Source: an uncultured Phycisphaerales bacterium (lineage in GTDB: Bacteria > Planctomycetota > Phycisphaerae > Tepidisphaerales > Tepidisphaeraceae). From it: 64,000 nucleotides of DNA. The notes below the pieces were generated by a model, which worked only from the letters and a program-made list of their open reading frames with translations, was not told the origin of the DNA and searched no databases. Each line of letters starts with the position of its first letter. Within the stretch, counting starts at the first letter, position 1. Both the position numbers and the translations under genes were made by a program. The DNA is taken from NCBI GenBank assembly GCA_963844715.1, contig CAWJPJ010000006.1, forward strand, positions 160,001-224,000, given 5' to 3'. Positions 40,525-53,548 of the stretch are shown piece by piece.

Positions 40525-43039
40525 TTAAGTTGCCACGCATCCTGCCGTGAAGTTGGCAACCACCTGGGCGTACGTCAGCGTCGCGTACCCGGAGCCGCTT
40601 TCCAGCGAATCACCGGAAACGCCCCAGGGGTTGCGCACGATGTAGTGGTTCACGCCGTTGCTGTCACGATAGACGCTGACCAGCGTGTATGCGTGATCGC
40701 TGACCAGATTCGGAGCACTCCCGCTTGTCGCCAGGGTGACCGGATCGTCGTTCCCCAGCGCGGTGGTCAGGAGGCTGTAAAGGGCGTTGTCCGAATAAGC
40801 CGACGGCGTAAAGGCCGACGAAGAGACGTTCAAATCGGAGTACACCTCGCCCATCCAACCCGCGTTGATCGAGTTGTACGTGTTGGCTCCGGTTCGGAAG
40901 TAGGCGAACGCCTTCTCCATCACCGGCGCCCAGATATCCCCATCCGAACCGGGATGGGCATACAGATAACCATTGAACGGCCCCGTGGAGAACGAGTCGC
41001 TCACGCGCACATAAACCGGCGTGCCGTTGGAATAGAACTCCACCACGGATGTCCCGTCGCCCATGTCGACGGCCATTTGCCGCAGCGCCTGCGGCTGCAC
41101 GCCCGCGAACGCCGCCAGCGTCGAGAGGAAGTAGCAGTCGCCGACTTCCCCTTGATTGACGTCGCCTGCGACCGGCCCGGTGCCCCACAGCGAGGCATTG
41201 ACCGCCATCACCGTGCCGGCGTCCTTCGGGTTCGCCAGTGCCGCGCCCAGGGCTTTGCTCACGCCGCCGGCAAAGCTGGCGACCTTGTGAACCGTTCCGG
41301 TTCCCGTAAAGCTGTCCGTGGTGTTGCACCAGATGCTCACGTCGCTACCGGCGCTGGTGATCTGCGCTGACCGCCCTCGAGGGTATCGACAGTCGTGAAG
41401 GCGTTGACCGATTTGTCCACATCGATCGCGTCCAGCCCGCCGCGCGTGTAGATGAACACGCCCGCCGCCGGATCCGCCTCGCTGAACATCTGCCCATCGG
41501 CATCCACCGTCAAAGTGTTGCCGCTCTGGAACAGCGAAACCGTATCTGACCCGCCGGAAGCCGTAATAACCAGCTCATCCGTGTATTCGATTGTGATCGT
41601 TACGCCATCGACCGGCGTCACAATCTTCGCCGAAGCGCATGGCCGCGCTGTTCGCAACCGCCCCAACCGCCTCGACACGATAGTAATAGGTCGTCCCCGG
41701 CGCGACGGTCGTGTCCACGTAGCTGTTCGCGCTTACGCCCGAAAGCGTGGCGATCGTCGTCCAGGTGGAATTGTTCAGCGAACGCTGCACCAGATACCCG
41801 GTCGCGCTCGTGTCCTTGTCCGTCCAGGTCAGTTTCACGGTTCCGTCCTGCGTGGTCCCGGCCAAGTTGATCGGCGCAACCAGAGGCGTCGTGACCGCGA
41901 CAGCCGTGCTCGCCGCGCTCACCACCGACCCGCTGAACGCCTCGATTTCATATTGATATTGATGCCCGGACGTCACCATTGAATCGGTATACGAGGTGGT
42001 CTTCAGGCCGTTGACGGTTGCGATCTTCGTGAAATGCACCCCGTCGGTCGCGCGAAGAATGTAATACCCCAGGCTGTCCGCGTCGTTATTCGTCCAGGAC
42101 AGCAGAACGCTCGTCGGATTCGCCACGAAAGCGACGGCTGTCGGATGCGCCAGCGTCGTCGTCGCGCTCGCGGCTGCCGACGCAGCGGAAGTCATGCTCC
42201 CGCTGACCGCTTCGATCTCATATTGATACGCGTGCGCCGACGCCACCGTGTTGTCGGTATAGCTCGTGGCGCGTGCCGCTGCTCAGCGTCCCAATTTTCG
42301 TGAAATGGACGCCATCGGTCGCGCGGAGCACGATATAGCTCGTCGCGTGGGAATCATTGTCCTTCCAGGTGATCAGCACGCTGGTCGGCGACTGCGCACT
42401 GGCAGCCGCGGCCGTCGGCGCGATCAGCGGGGTCGTGGCGCTAACGGTGTTCGAAACCGCCGAAGTCGCCGCGGCGCCGTACGCCTCGACTTCATAACTG
42501 TACGTCGTATCCGAAGAAACTGTGCTGTCGGTGTATGTGGTCGTTCCGGCCGAAGTGACCTGGCCGACCTTCGTGTACGTTCCCCCGTTTGTCGCCCGTA
42601 GAATGTAATACCCGACAGTCGTCGTGTCTTTATTCGTCCACGTCAACTTCACCGATGTCGGGCTAATGACCGTGGCTGCCAGCCCGGTCGGGGTGACCAT
42701 GGGAGTCGTCACAGCCGCCACATTGGACGGCGTCGCCGTCACCTTGCTGGAATAACCCTCGACTTCGTAATCGTAAGTGTGGTTCGAGAGAACCGTATTA
42801 TCGGTATAGGTCCGCGTCGCGCCATTGGCGATCGTCGCGATGGTGCTGAAATGCGTTCCGTCCGTGGAGCGAAGAACATAGTAGCCGGATTCAGCCGTGG
42901 TATCCGTCCAGTTCAACGCCACGCTGGTCGGGGCGAGGGCATGCGCCATGACGGCCGAAAGCATCGTCCGCGGTTCCAGGCCTTCGAACATGCAAGCCTC
43001 GCGCACCTTCTGCTGGGCGGGCGACCGCTTGATGATCAT
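40525..43039 (-). CDS. Fibronectin III repeats plus calpain-like (C2) cysteine protease, frameshifted
   Basis: EGLEPRTMLS N-terminal motif; about five FN3 repeats; QGEVGDCYFL, SDHAY and RNPWG triad motifs. Confidence 0.85.
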
Positions 43040-43235
43040 CTTCCAGATTTTTCGCCAGTGCGTCTTCGACAACCCGCTGGCTCGGCGCATGCTGAATCCC
43101 ATTTTCTCTATCCTCCGCTCGAATATCGGATTCATTGGAAACGGGGTGCAAATAACGGTTTTGTTGAACCGGCAAGAAAGTGCGGTTTTATGGGCGAACG
43201 ATTATCGTCCGGTGGGAAAGTTCAGCGTGTGACGG

Positions 43236-45148
43236 TTATTCCGGCGGATTTCCGCCCTCGGGAATATCCGGACCGCAATAAGGTCCCGATTCCCGCTCCA
43301 TCGCCTGCATCACCGAAATCTTCGGCGGGGCAAATCGCTGCAAATCCGATTTGAAAAACAGATGAAACAGCGTCAGTTGCTGCCCGGGGAGCTTCTGCCG
43401 CCGCGAATGCTCGGATTGATCGATCGTCTGCACCGCCCCCAGCGTTTGCAACGCCGCCTGATCGTACATCCTGGCCACTATATAAACGTCCCCGCCAGTG
43501 ATTTCGGTGCTCCGCAGATAAGAGAGGTTATGCAGCATCAAGGTCGATGAGCGGAGATAAAACTGATCCCGGAAGAAATCGAGCGGCCCGACCGCCCCGT
43601 CTATGGCAAGCAATTTTGAACCTGGCACTTCTCCGTTCACGCGCCGGAGGAATTGCGTGTCGTCCACCGTTTCATCCGGCCAGTTCGATTGCCCCCAACT
43701 GTACGAAAACCCAACGCCCACAATCACCGCCGCAAACAACCACGCCGGTTTCTGCTTCGCCAGTCCTCGATAGTAAATCCCGACGCAAACCAATATCGCC
43801 CCCAGCAGCACCGCCGCCCAGATCGGCGATCCCGGAACCTTCCCCAGAATCATCAGAATCGTAAACGCGATGATCAGCGGATATCGAACAAAATAAGTTC
43901 CAAACTCCACCCTCCGGGACCATGCCGGACCGCTGAACAAGAACTGCCCAATCCGCGGCAAAGCCACTGCCGCCAATATCGCCCAAGGGGCAAGGCTCGG
44001 AACGAGATAATGATGATGCTTCCGATGCGGAATCGACAGAATCAAAATCGGTACGATTGCCCAGCACCACAAAAACCGCTTGACCCGATCCCCTTCCTTA
44101 AACGCTCCGCGCACCGTCAAGACCAGCCCCACGATAGCGGCGGGGGACCAGGGCATACTCACGCCCAAAAGTTGCGGAACGTAATACCAAAACGGCTGAT
44201 CGAACGTGTTGGTGTCCGAAAAATCATATTTCAGATTCTTCAAATATTCCGGATACCGAATCCCCACCGCGATATGCCACCACAGCGCCAGCGCGAGAAC
44301 ATCAGCCAACCCCACACCCCCACATACCGCCGCATCCTCTTCCAATCCTTTTGCCAAACCAGATAAACCCCGAGCGTCCCCGCGACCACAATCGCCCCCA
44401 CCAGCGGCCCCTTGGCCATGTTGCTCAGCCCCATCGCCAAAAAAAACGCCACCACCGGCCAAGGCCGCCCGGACACAATCCCCAGCCGCGTGTCCGTCAC
44501 GTCCGGATCAATAAAAAACTCCATCCAGACGAATAGCAGAATCGACCCGACAACCAGCACAGCCAGAAAAATGTCATCTTCGGAAAGAGTCGAGTAATAA
44601 TAAAACTCGTACATCGTCGCCAAACAGAACCCCGCCAGCAGCCCGGTCGATCTCCCGAACCATTTCCCGGCCAGCGTCGCGGTCATTAGCACCACCAGCA
44701 ATCCCATCACCGCCGGCGGAATTCGCACCGACCATTCCGTATCGCAATGCTGCCCCATAACCCCGCAAACCCGATCATGATCCAATGCGGCAGCGGCGGC
44801 CTCTCCAGCCACGGCCACGCCGCTATGCGGCACCAGATAATCCCCCGTCTGCATCATCTCCCGAGAAAGCTGCGGCAGCCGCGCCTCATGCATCGTCATC
44901 GGCCGCCCGCTCACCGCCACGTAGCCGAACAAAAGCGCACAAAAGACCGCCAGCAAGAGGTAGTCCCTTACTCTTAGGCCGCAAACCGCGGCAGGCGGCG
45001 GCGCTTCCAATGACGAATGACGAATGACTAGTGACGAATCAATGACCGAATGACCCAATGTTGAAGCGGCATTCGCGTCATTGGAATTTGATTCGTCATT
45101 CGTCATTCGAATTTCGTCATTTTGCAAACGCCTCCGCAGTATACTCAA
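43236..45148 (-). CDS. ArnT-like glycosyltransferase, frameshifts near 44810 and 44460
   Basis: HEAR...SREM...DY..P, KGP, P.WYY and PWS motifs. Start uncertain. Confidence 0.85.
45009..45121. repeat. AATGACG / CGTCATT heptamer inverted-repeat element
   Basis: Tandem AATGAC(G) units followed by their reverse complements. Confidence 0.75.
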
Positions 45149-45159
45149 GCCCCCGCTCT

Positions 45160-45948
45160 ATGCCCATTTGCCCCATCCATTCCCTCGACGATCCCCGCCT
45201 CGAGCCTTACCGCAACATGAAGGACCGCGAACTGGCCCGCTTCGGCGACCGGTTCATCGCCGAAGGGGAAAACGTCGTCCGAAGACTCCTCAAAAGCTCC
45301 ATCCCGGTAGAGTCCGTTCTTCTGGTCAAAAGAAAAGTCGACCTCATCGCGCCGGTCGTCAATCCCGCCATCACCATTTTCTCCGCCGGCGACGACATCA
45401 TCGAACAACTGATCGGCTTCGAATTCCACAGCGGCGTCATGGCCTGCGGAATCCGTCCCCCGTCGGCGAACCTGGACGCAATCCTTTCTTCCGCCAAATT
45501 AATCGCCGTCTGCCAGCGCATCACCAACACAGAAAATCTTGGCTCGCTGATCAGAATATCCGCCGCCTTCGGGGCCGACGCGATGGTCGTAGGGGAAAGC
45601 TGCTGCGATCCCTTTTTCCGCCAAAGCGTCCGCGTCTCGATGGGCACGGTGTTTTCTCTTCCCCTGATCAGATCCGAAAATCTACTGACCGATCTCGATC
45701 ACATGACTGAGCTCGGCGTAGAAACCTTCGCAACCGTGCTGGACCCCGATGCCGAGCCGCTATCCCAGGTGATTCCCGCCGGAAAATCCGCCCTGGTCTT
45801 CGGAAACGAAGCCCAGGGCCTGGACTCCGAAACCATCAGCCATTGCCGCAGGCGTATAACAATCCCCATGCAATTACAAACCGACTCCCTCAACGTCGCC
45901 ATCGCCGCCGCGGTCTTCCTCTATCACTTCACGCTCCCCCCACGATGA
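45160..45948 (+). CDS. TrmH/SpoU RNA methyltransferase
   Basis: ENLGSLIR..AAFG, VRVSMG, FGNE..GL, IPM...DSLNV. Confidence 0.92.
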   Translation: MPICPIHSLDDPRLEPYRNMKDRELARFGDRFIAEGENVVRRLLKSSIPVESVLLVKRKVDLIAPVVNPAITIFSAGDDIIEQLIGFEFHSGVMACGIRPPSANLDAILSSAKLIAVCQRITNTENLGSLIRISAAFGADAMVVGESCCDPFFRQSVRVSMGTVFSLPLIRSENLLTDLDHMTELGVETFATVLDPDAEPLSQVIPAGKSALVFGNEAQGLDSETISHCRRRITIPMQLQTDSLNVAIAAAVFLYHFTLPPR

Positions 45949-47125
45949 GCCTCGTCCCACGCCAGGCGGAATGCCATCTCCACATCCACCACGGCCTTGG
46001 CATTTTGCAGGGCGATCAACTGGATCATGGATAATTGTTGGCCATGCGTTGGTCCCACGTATCCAAAATACGCGGCCGGATCAAACTGGCCGCTCGCATA
46101 ACCCGCTTGCGTCGCCGCCCCGACAAACGGCAGATAATCGTAACTGGCGCCCAGGATTCGCAAGTCCCACCGAAACGGATCAAACGCCTCCACGCTCGGC
46201 CGAATCTGCGCCTTATTCTGCACCGCAATATCGCTCTGTAAATCGTTCCAGAACTCCTCCCGAAAACTCTTCCGCGGCTCGTCATCGTTCTCAAACAACT
46301 CATACTCAATATCCCCATGCGGATTGATCCCCGCCGGCAGCCGCAATGCCACCAGCGCCATCAACCCCGGCTGCGTCGTCGCATAGACCCCCTTCACATG
46401 CCCAGCGAGGTAACTCTGGCTCTGGTAATCCCCCGTCGAATGATGCGGCTGAGTCGAGTCCTCAATGTAATGCGCCAAATATCCCGCCGCCTCGAGCGCG
46501 CCTTGGGAATCATTCACCTCATCCCCCGGCCCAAACGCCGCCGCCAGTTTGTGATACATCTCCTCCACCCGCCAAGGCAAAAACCCCGCCCGCTTCCATC
46601 GCCGATCGGAAAGATTGTGGGCAATCCGCTCGACATCCGGCTTCCCCGACAAATCCGGCTTGTAATATCCAACCGAAGAAAACACCTCCAAATCCCGCCG
46701 ATGCATAAATGCTTCCGGCATCCCATAGGGCTGGATCTTCTTCATCCCAACCACTCCCCCCTTCATCCGATCCGGCATCGTCGCCCACCGATCCAGCCCG
46801 ATATCAAACGCCTCAATGTCCTCCGGATGCGCCCGACGGTCTGCTCCGTCGCCAGTTGTTTGCAATCGTCCGTTGACCACTGCATCTGCGACCGCAAAAA
46901 ATCGCGCAAACCCCGCGGCGCGGAAGGATCATCAATAATCCGCAATGCCGCGAGCCGGGTAATAAGAATATGCCCCTGATGCGCCCACCCAAAACAAACG
47001 TTGCCCATGCTCACACACGCCAAAATAAATGCAACCGCGGAGACACAGAGGCGCGGAGTTGAAAACCGGCCGTGGCGGGACAGACACGGAGGAATGGCAG
47101 AATTTGAATTAAACCCTCTTCGCAT
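45924..47125 (-). CDS. Secreted S1/P1 nuclease or Zn-dependent phospholipase C-like protein, frameshift near 46835
   Basis: W...GH after a signal peptide; G.LPW, HY.ED..QP.H and H...E zinc ligands. Confidence 0.75.
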
Positions 47126-47178
47126 CCGTCTTCTCCGCGTCTTCCTCCGCGCCCTCTGTGTCTCCGCGGTTGCATTTA
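47026..47178. repeat. Long palindromic AACCGCGGAGACACAGAG element
   Basis: 33-nt arm at 47026-47058 and its reverse complement at 47145-47178 (one extra C). Confidence 0.85.
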
Positions 47179-47212
47179 GAATTTCCCTCCCCCCATGATA
47201 ACCTAACCGCCA

Positions 47213-50200
47213 ATGCGGATCGCGCTTCTGGACTTTCTACCGCGTGATTACACGGTTTCGACCCCTCGTCACGCCCCCCTGGGCGGAAGCCCATCGGCTG
47301 TTTGCTACCTGGCCGAGCAATTCGCGCGCTCCGGCCACGATACTTTCCTCGTCAATTTCACATCCGCCCCCGGCAAATACGAAGGCGTCGAACAACTAAG
47401 CTGGAGCAATTTCAAGATCGAAGACTTGAACCCTCTGGGCCTCGACGCCGCGATCATCATTCAAGCCGCCGGGCGTGGCAAATTTGTCAAAGCCGCCATC
47501 GGAAACAAAGCCCGTCTCATTCTCTTCGGCCAGGACGGCACCGATCAACCCACCGTCTGGCCCCTCCACGAACCCGCCGAACGGGATTCCTACGATGGCA
47601 TCGTGATGGTCAGCCAATGGCAGGCGGACCGATACGCCAAGGACTTCGCAATCGATCGCGCCCGCATGGCGGTCATCGGCAACGCCATTTCGCCCGTCTT
47701 CGAGAATTTGTTTCCCGCCGGCACGCCAATCCTTTCCGCCAAAAATCCCACCGCTTGGCTCGCATACACGAGCGTCCCGTATCGCGGCCTGGAAACTCTG
47801 CTCGATCTATTCCCCCATATTCAAAGCGAATTCCCGGATGCGCGCCTCGGCGTTTTCTCCAGCATGAAGGTCTACCAACCAACCGACGATAAATATGCCG
47901 CTCTTTACGAGCGCTGCCGCGCCACCCCCGGCGTTGAATACTTCGGCTCCGTCCCCCAACCCCAGTTGGCATCCTGGCTCCGCGGCGCCGCCGTCCTCAC
48001 CTATCCCAACGTCTACCCCGAAACCGCCTGCATCGCCGTCATGGAAGCCATGGCCGCCGGCTGCCACATCGTCACCGCCGATCTCGCAGCCCTCCCCGAG
48101 ACCTGCGCCGGCTTTGGCCGCCTCGTCCCGCCGGATTTCACCAATCCGGATAATCGCCGCCGCTTCGTCGCCGAAACCATCGCCGTCTTGAAGGAATTTC
48201 AGTCTTCCGAGGATGTGCTGGGCCGTCAGGTCGATTACGTAAACGGAAAATACACGTGGTCCGCCCGCGCAAAAGATTGGCTGGCCTGGCTCCCGCGATT
48301 AGAACCTCGCCACCCCGTAATCTCGATGCAAACGCTCGTCGATCTTCACGACCGCATCCGTGCCGCCGGTGCGCACTATCAAGCCGGCCGCCCCGCGGAA
48401 GCCCAGGCGATCTGCAAAGAGATTTTGCTCTCGCATCCAGATCACATCGACGCCAACAATCTGATGGGGGTCATGACCTTTCAGGCCGGGCGATCGAAAG
48501 AAGCGATCAAATTTCTCCAGCACGCCGTCAAACTCAATCCGCAGCGCCCCGATTTGCAGGTGAATCTGGGACTCGCATTCGGAAACATTGGAGCGAATGA
48601 AGAAGCCTTGGCGGCATTTCGCCTGGCGACCGACCTCCAGCCCGATTTCGCCCCCGCCTATCAAAATCTCGCCACCATTCTTCTTTCCCAAAAGCGCCCC
48701 GATCAAGCTATCCCCGCATTGCGGAAATACCTTCAGCTTCGCCCCGACGACCCCGATGCCTGGAACACGCTCGGCAACGCACTTCAGGACCAACATCAAA
48801 ACGAAGAAGCGATCGCCGCCTACCGCCGCGCCCTCGAAATCTGCCCCGACTTCGCCGCGGCGTTCTACAACCTCGGCCTATCCCTTCGCGCCGCCGGTCG
48901 CTGGGACGAAGCGGTGGGGGCCCTGCGCCAGACCGTTGCCGTCGAACCCATCTTCCCCGACGGCCACAACAATCTCGCCAGCGCACTCAAACACATCGGC
49001 CAGTTCTCCGAAGCCGAGCTTGAATATCGCAAAACCCTCGAACTGCGCCCCGATTTCGCCCAGGCCCACAGCAATCTCATCATGCTCCTGCACTACGCCC
49101 CGGGAAAGTCGCCGCAGGAAATCCTCGCCGAAATGCGCGCCTGGAACGACCAGCACGCCCGCCCGCTCGCTCACTTGCGCAAACCCCAGGATCGCAACCG
49201 AGATCCCCGCAGAAAACTTCGCATCGGCTACGTCTCCCCAGATTTCACCGGCCACATCGTCGGCCTGAATCTCCTCCCTCTATTCCTGAACCACGATCCC
49301 AACGAATTCGAAATTTATTGTTATTTCAATGGGCCAAAAGAAGACGAATTCACGCTGAATTTCAAAAAAGCCGCCGCGCGCTGCGCGATATTCGACGACT
49401 CAGCGACCAGGCCGCCGCCGAGCTCATCCGCCAGGACCAGATCGACATCCTCGTCGATCTCGCCGGCCACACCGCCGACAATCGCCTCCTCGTCTTCGCC
49501 CAAAAACCCGCCCCTATTCAAATCACCTTCGGCGGTTACCCCGGCGGCACAGGCCTGGAAACGATGGACTGGCGTCTCACCGACCCCCATCTCGATCCCC
49601 CCGGCCAAACCGAAATCCACTACGTCGAAAAGCTCTATCGCCTCCGCGACAGTTTTTGGTGCTACGATCCCGCCGCCATGATCCCAGCCGCGGAGTTGCA
49701 AATCGCCCCTTTACCCGCCTCTCAAAATGGCTTCATCACCTTCGGCTGCCTGAACAATTTTATGAAAGTCACCGAGACCACCGTCCAAGCGTGGGCCGCC
49801 ACCGTTAAGTCCGTCCCCGCCTCGCGTTTCCTCATGCTCGCGCCCGAAGGCTCACCCCGCCAGCGCATTTCGCAGATTTTCGCCCAATCCGGCGTCGCCG
49901 ATCGCCTGGAATTCGTCGGTCAGCAATATCGAAAGGACTACCTCGAAACCTATCACCGAATCGACATGGGCCTCGACACGGTCCCCTACAACGGCCACAC
50001 CACCAGTCTCGACGCCATGTGGATGGGCGTCCCCGTCCTGACGATGATCGGCTCCACAGCCGTCGGCCGCGCCGGCTTCAGCCATTTATCCAACCTCTCC
50101 TTGGCCCACTTGGCCGCCGCGCGACCCGAGGACCTCCCCAATATCGCAAAAAAACTCGCCGCCGACGTGCCTACACTGGCCGAATTGCGTTCCTCCATGC

Positions 50201-50307
50201 GCGATCGGCTTAATAGCAGTGGCCTTACCGACGGCAAGCGCTTTGCGCAAAATATCCAAAACGCCTTCCGCGATATTTGGCGTAAATGGTGCGAGCAAAC
50301 CCAATGA
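47213..50307 (+). CDS. GT4 + TPR + GT41 (SPINDLY/OGT-like) fusion, frameshift near 49380
   Basis: N-terminal GT-B (RGL, ET.CI..MEAMAAG), TPR array, then RIGYVSPDF..H, DILVDL.GHT, PAPIQ, D..LDT.PYNG.TT..DA.WMGVP. Confidence 0.9.
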
Positions 50308-52174
50308 GCCAATCCGCCCAGGACATTCTCGCCCAGGCCCTGCGATTTCATCGCGCCGGACAAATCCTCCAGGCGCGCGACTGTTACAACCAGGTTCTTG
50401 CCGAGCATCCCGACCACGCCGATGCCCTCAACTTGCTCGGATACGCCACCCATCAGGCGGGTGACCCCCACGAAGCGCTCAGGCTCATTCGCAAGTCGAT
50501 TGTTCTCAATGGCTCCCGCGCGGATTATCACTGCAACCTCGGCGTGGTGCTTGCCGGGATGCACCAACACCGCGAAGCAATCGACGCCTTCCGCGCCGCC
50601 CTGGCAATCCGCCCCGACTTGGCCGAGGCATCCTACAACCTCGGCGTCTCCCTCCACGCCATCGAGCACAGAGATGAAGCGCTCGACGCTTACCGCGCCG
50701 CTCTCGCAATCAAACCCGCATGGGCCGAGGCGTGGATCAATCTAGGCAATACCCTCATGGATCTGGATCGTTTTCAGGAAGCTCTGGATGCCTTCCGCAA
50801 GGCGGCCGAACTGAATCCCCAAATGCCCGCCGCATGGTTCAACCAATCCAACGCCCTGATGAAGCTTGAGCGCTTTCAAGAGGGCATCGTTGCCGCAAAG
50901 CAGACCATCGCCCTCCAACCCGTCCATGCCAAGGCTTACAACAATCTGGGATCGCTCTACGCGGCAACCAAACGGCACAACGACGCGATCGCGGCTTTCC
51001 TATGCGCGATCGAGCAAAATCCCAATTATGCCGACGCCTTCGGCAATCTCGCCAACGCCTATCAGGCAACGGAGAATTACCCCAAAGCCATCGCCGCCGC
51101 CCGCAGTGCCATCTCCCTCGATCCGAATCACGCTCAGGCCCACGCCAATCTCGCCCACGCCTTTCTGGCCACCCATCAGCGCGCCAAGGCCCTGGACACC
51201 TACCGACAGGCCATCCGAATCGATTCCGAGTTGCCCGAAGCCCACTACACCCTCGGCGTCATGCTCCTCGCTCAGGGAGACTATCTCGCCGCCTGGGAGC
51301 ATTACGAATGGCGCTGGCAAGTAAAGGAATTCCGCAACAGCCGCCGGCCGTCAAGTCTCCCCTTATGGAACGGCGAACCCATCCAAGGCAAAAAGATTCT
51401 CCTCCAGATCGAGCAGGGATTTGGAGACCTCATCCAGTTTGCCCGGTACGTCCCCCTCGTTGCCCAGCGCGGAGCCACGGTCTATTTGGAAACTCACCGC
51501 GAATTGGCTCGTCTCATGGATTCTGTGCCCGGTGTCGAAAAAGTTATTCCGCCCGATGCGCCCCCTCCGGAAACCGAATTGCGATGCCCGCTCCTAAGCC
51601 TGCCGCGCATTTTCGGCACGACCATCGAGACCATTCCGAGCAAAGTTCCCTATTTGTGGTTCGATCCAAAACTAGCCGACAAGTGGCGCGACCGTTTGGG
51701 GGATGAAAAGCGCCTCAAGGTCGGCCTGGTCTGGACCGGCCGGCCTCGCCCCGAGCCTCGCAGATCCGTCCCCATCGATCAGCTCGCCCCCTTGGCCAAC
51801 GTGGACGCCGTCCGCTTCATCAGCCTGCAATACGGCGATGCCGCCGCCCAGGCCAAAAACGCTCCGGCCGGCCTCGTGCTGGAGGATTTCAATTCCGACA
51901 TTTCCGATTTCGCCGATACCGCCGCCCTCATGGCGAATCTCGACTTGATCATCACCATCGACACCGCCGCCGCCCATCTCGCCGGCGCCTGGCAAGGCCC
52001 GCCTGGGTCCTCCTCTGCGATCGCCCGGATTGGCGCTGGCTCGAATCCGGCCCGGCCACTCCCTGGTACCCGACGCTAAAACTCTTCCGCCAGCCCACCG
52101 AAGACGATTGGCAAACCCCGATCAAACAATTGGCCCGTGAATTGGCGGATTTGACCGCCAAGAAACGATCATGA
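50304..52174 (+). CDS. TPR + GT9-like glycosyltransferase, frameshift near 51990
   Basis: TPR array; YEWRW, EQGFGD.IQFARY, LDLIITIDTA.AHLAGA, WRW and PWYP motifs. Confidence 0.88.
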
Positions 52175-53548
52175 GCGACCCAGCGGCTCATCTTTTCGAG
52201 CAAGCCAACCACGCCCGCAACGCCGGCAAACTCGACGAAGCCGTCTCCCTCTATCGCCAGGCCATCCAATTCTCCCCCAATTACCCCGGCGCCCACGTCA
52301 ACCTCGGCACGGTCCTGGCCATGCAAAACCGCTGGGACGAATCCGCCGCCGCCTATCGCCGCGCTGCCCAGCTCGCCCCCGGCGTTCCCGCCATCCAATA
52401 CAATCTCAGCAACGTCCTTGAAGCCGCCTGCGCCTGGGACGAAGCCCTCGAAGTCGCGCAATCCGCTTTGAACCAACGCCCCGACGATCCCCTCATGCTC
52501 CATCATCTCGGCGTAGCGCTCCATAACGTCGGAAAATTTCCCGAAGCCCCGGACGCCTATTCTCGCGCCCTCGCGCTCAAACCCGACTTCCCCATGGCCC
52601 ATTGCGACCTCGCCTCCCTCCTCATCCTCACCGGCGATTTCGAGCGCGGCTGGCGCGAATACGAATGGCGCTTCAAAGCCGTCGAACCGGGCCGATTCCA
52701 CCCCAAATTCACCGCCGCCAATTTCTGGGATGGCTCTGCTCTCCCCGGCCGCCGAATATTGATCCACACGGAAGGAGGATTCGGCGACGCCATCAACTAT
52801 TTCCGGTACGCGCCCCTTATCGCACAACGCGGCGCGCGAGTAATCGTGCGCTGCAAGCGTCCCCTCGTGGAATTATTCCGCACATTGAATGGGATCGCGG
52901 GCGTCATCTCCGACGACGAACACTTGCCCGATTTCGATCTGCACTGTCCCTTGTTCAGCCTTCCCCGGGTGATTGGCACCACCGTCGCCACCATCCCAAC
53001 AAATTCACCCTATCTTAGCGCCAGGCGCGGAAAAAGCTGCCGCGTGGAAATACCGCCTTTCAAATGACCGCATAAACGTGGGACTAATCTGGGCCGGCGC
53101 CGGCGGCCACGCTCAGGATCGTCTCCGCTCCATGCGCCTCGATGACCTCGCCCCTCTGGCGTCAACTCATGCCCGCTTTTACAGTCTCCAAAAAGGAGAA
53201 CCCTCCCGTCAGGCGCAAAACCCGTCCCGTGGATTGGATCTCACCGATTTCTCGGCGGACTTGCACGATTGGACCGACACAGCCGCCCTGATCGATACCC
53301 TTGACCTGCTCATCAGCGTAGACACCGCCGCCGCCCATTTGGCAGGCGCTCTCGCCAAGCCGGTCTGGACGGCAATACAATATGTGCCCGACCCGAGATG
53401 GCTCCTCAATCGCTCCGATACCCCCTGGTATCCCAGCATGAAGCTCTTTCGGCAGTCAAAAAGAAACGATTGGGCTGATCCAATTCAGAAAATCGCGGCC
53501 GAATTAAAGGAATTATGCGCGCATTTATCTCCGGACAAGTCGGCGTAG
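52171..53548 (+). CDS. TPR + GT9-like glycosyltransferase paralog, frameshift near 53025
   Basis: Same C-terminal motifs with fewer TPRs; ATGA overlap with the upstream gene. Confidence 0.88.
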
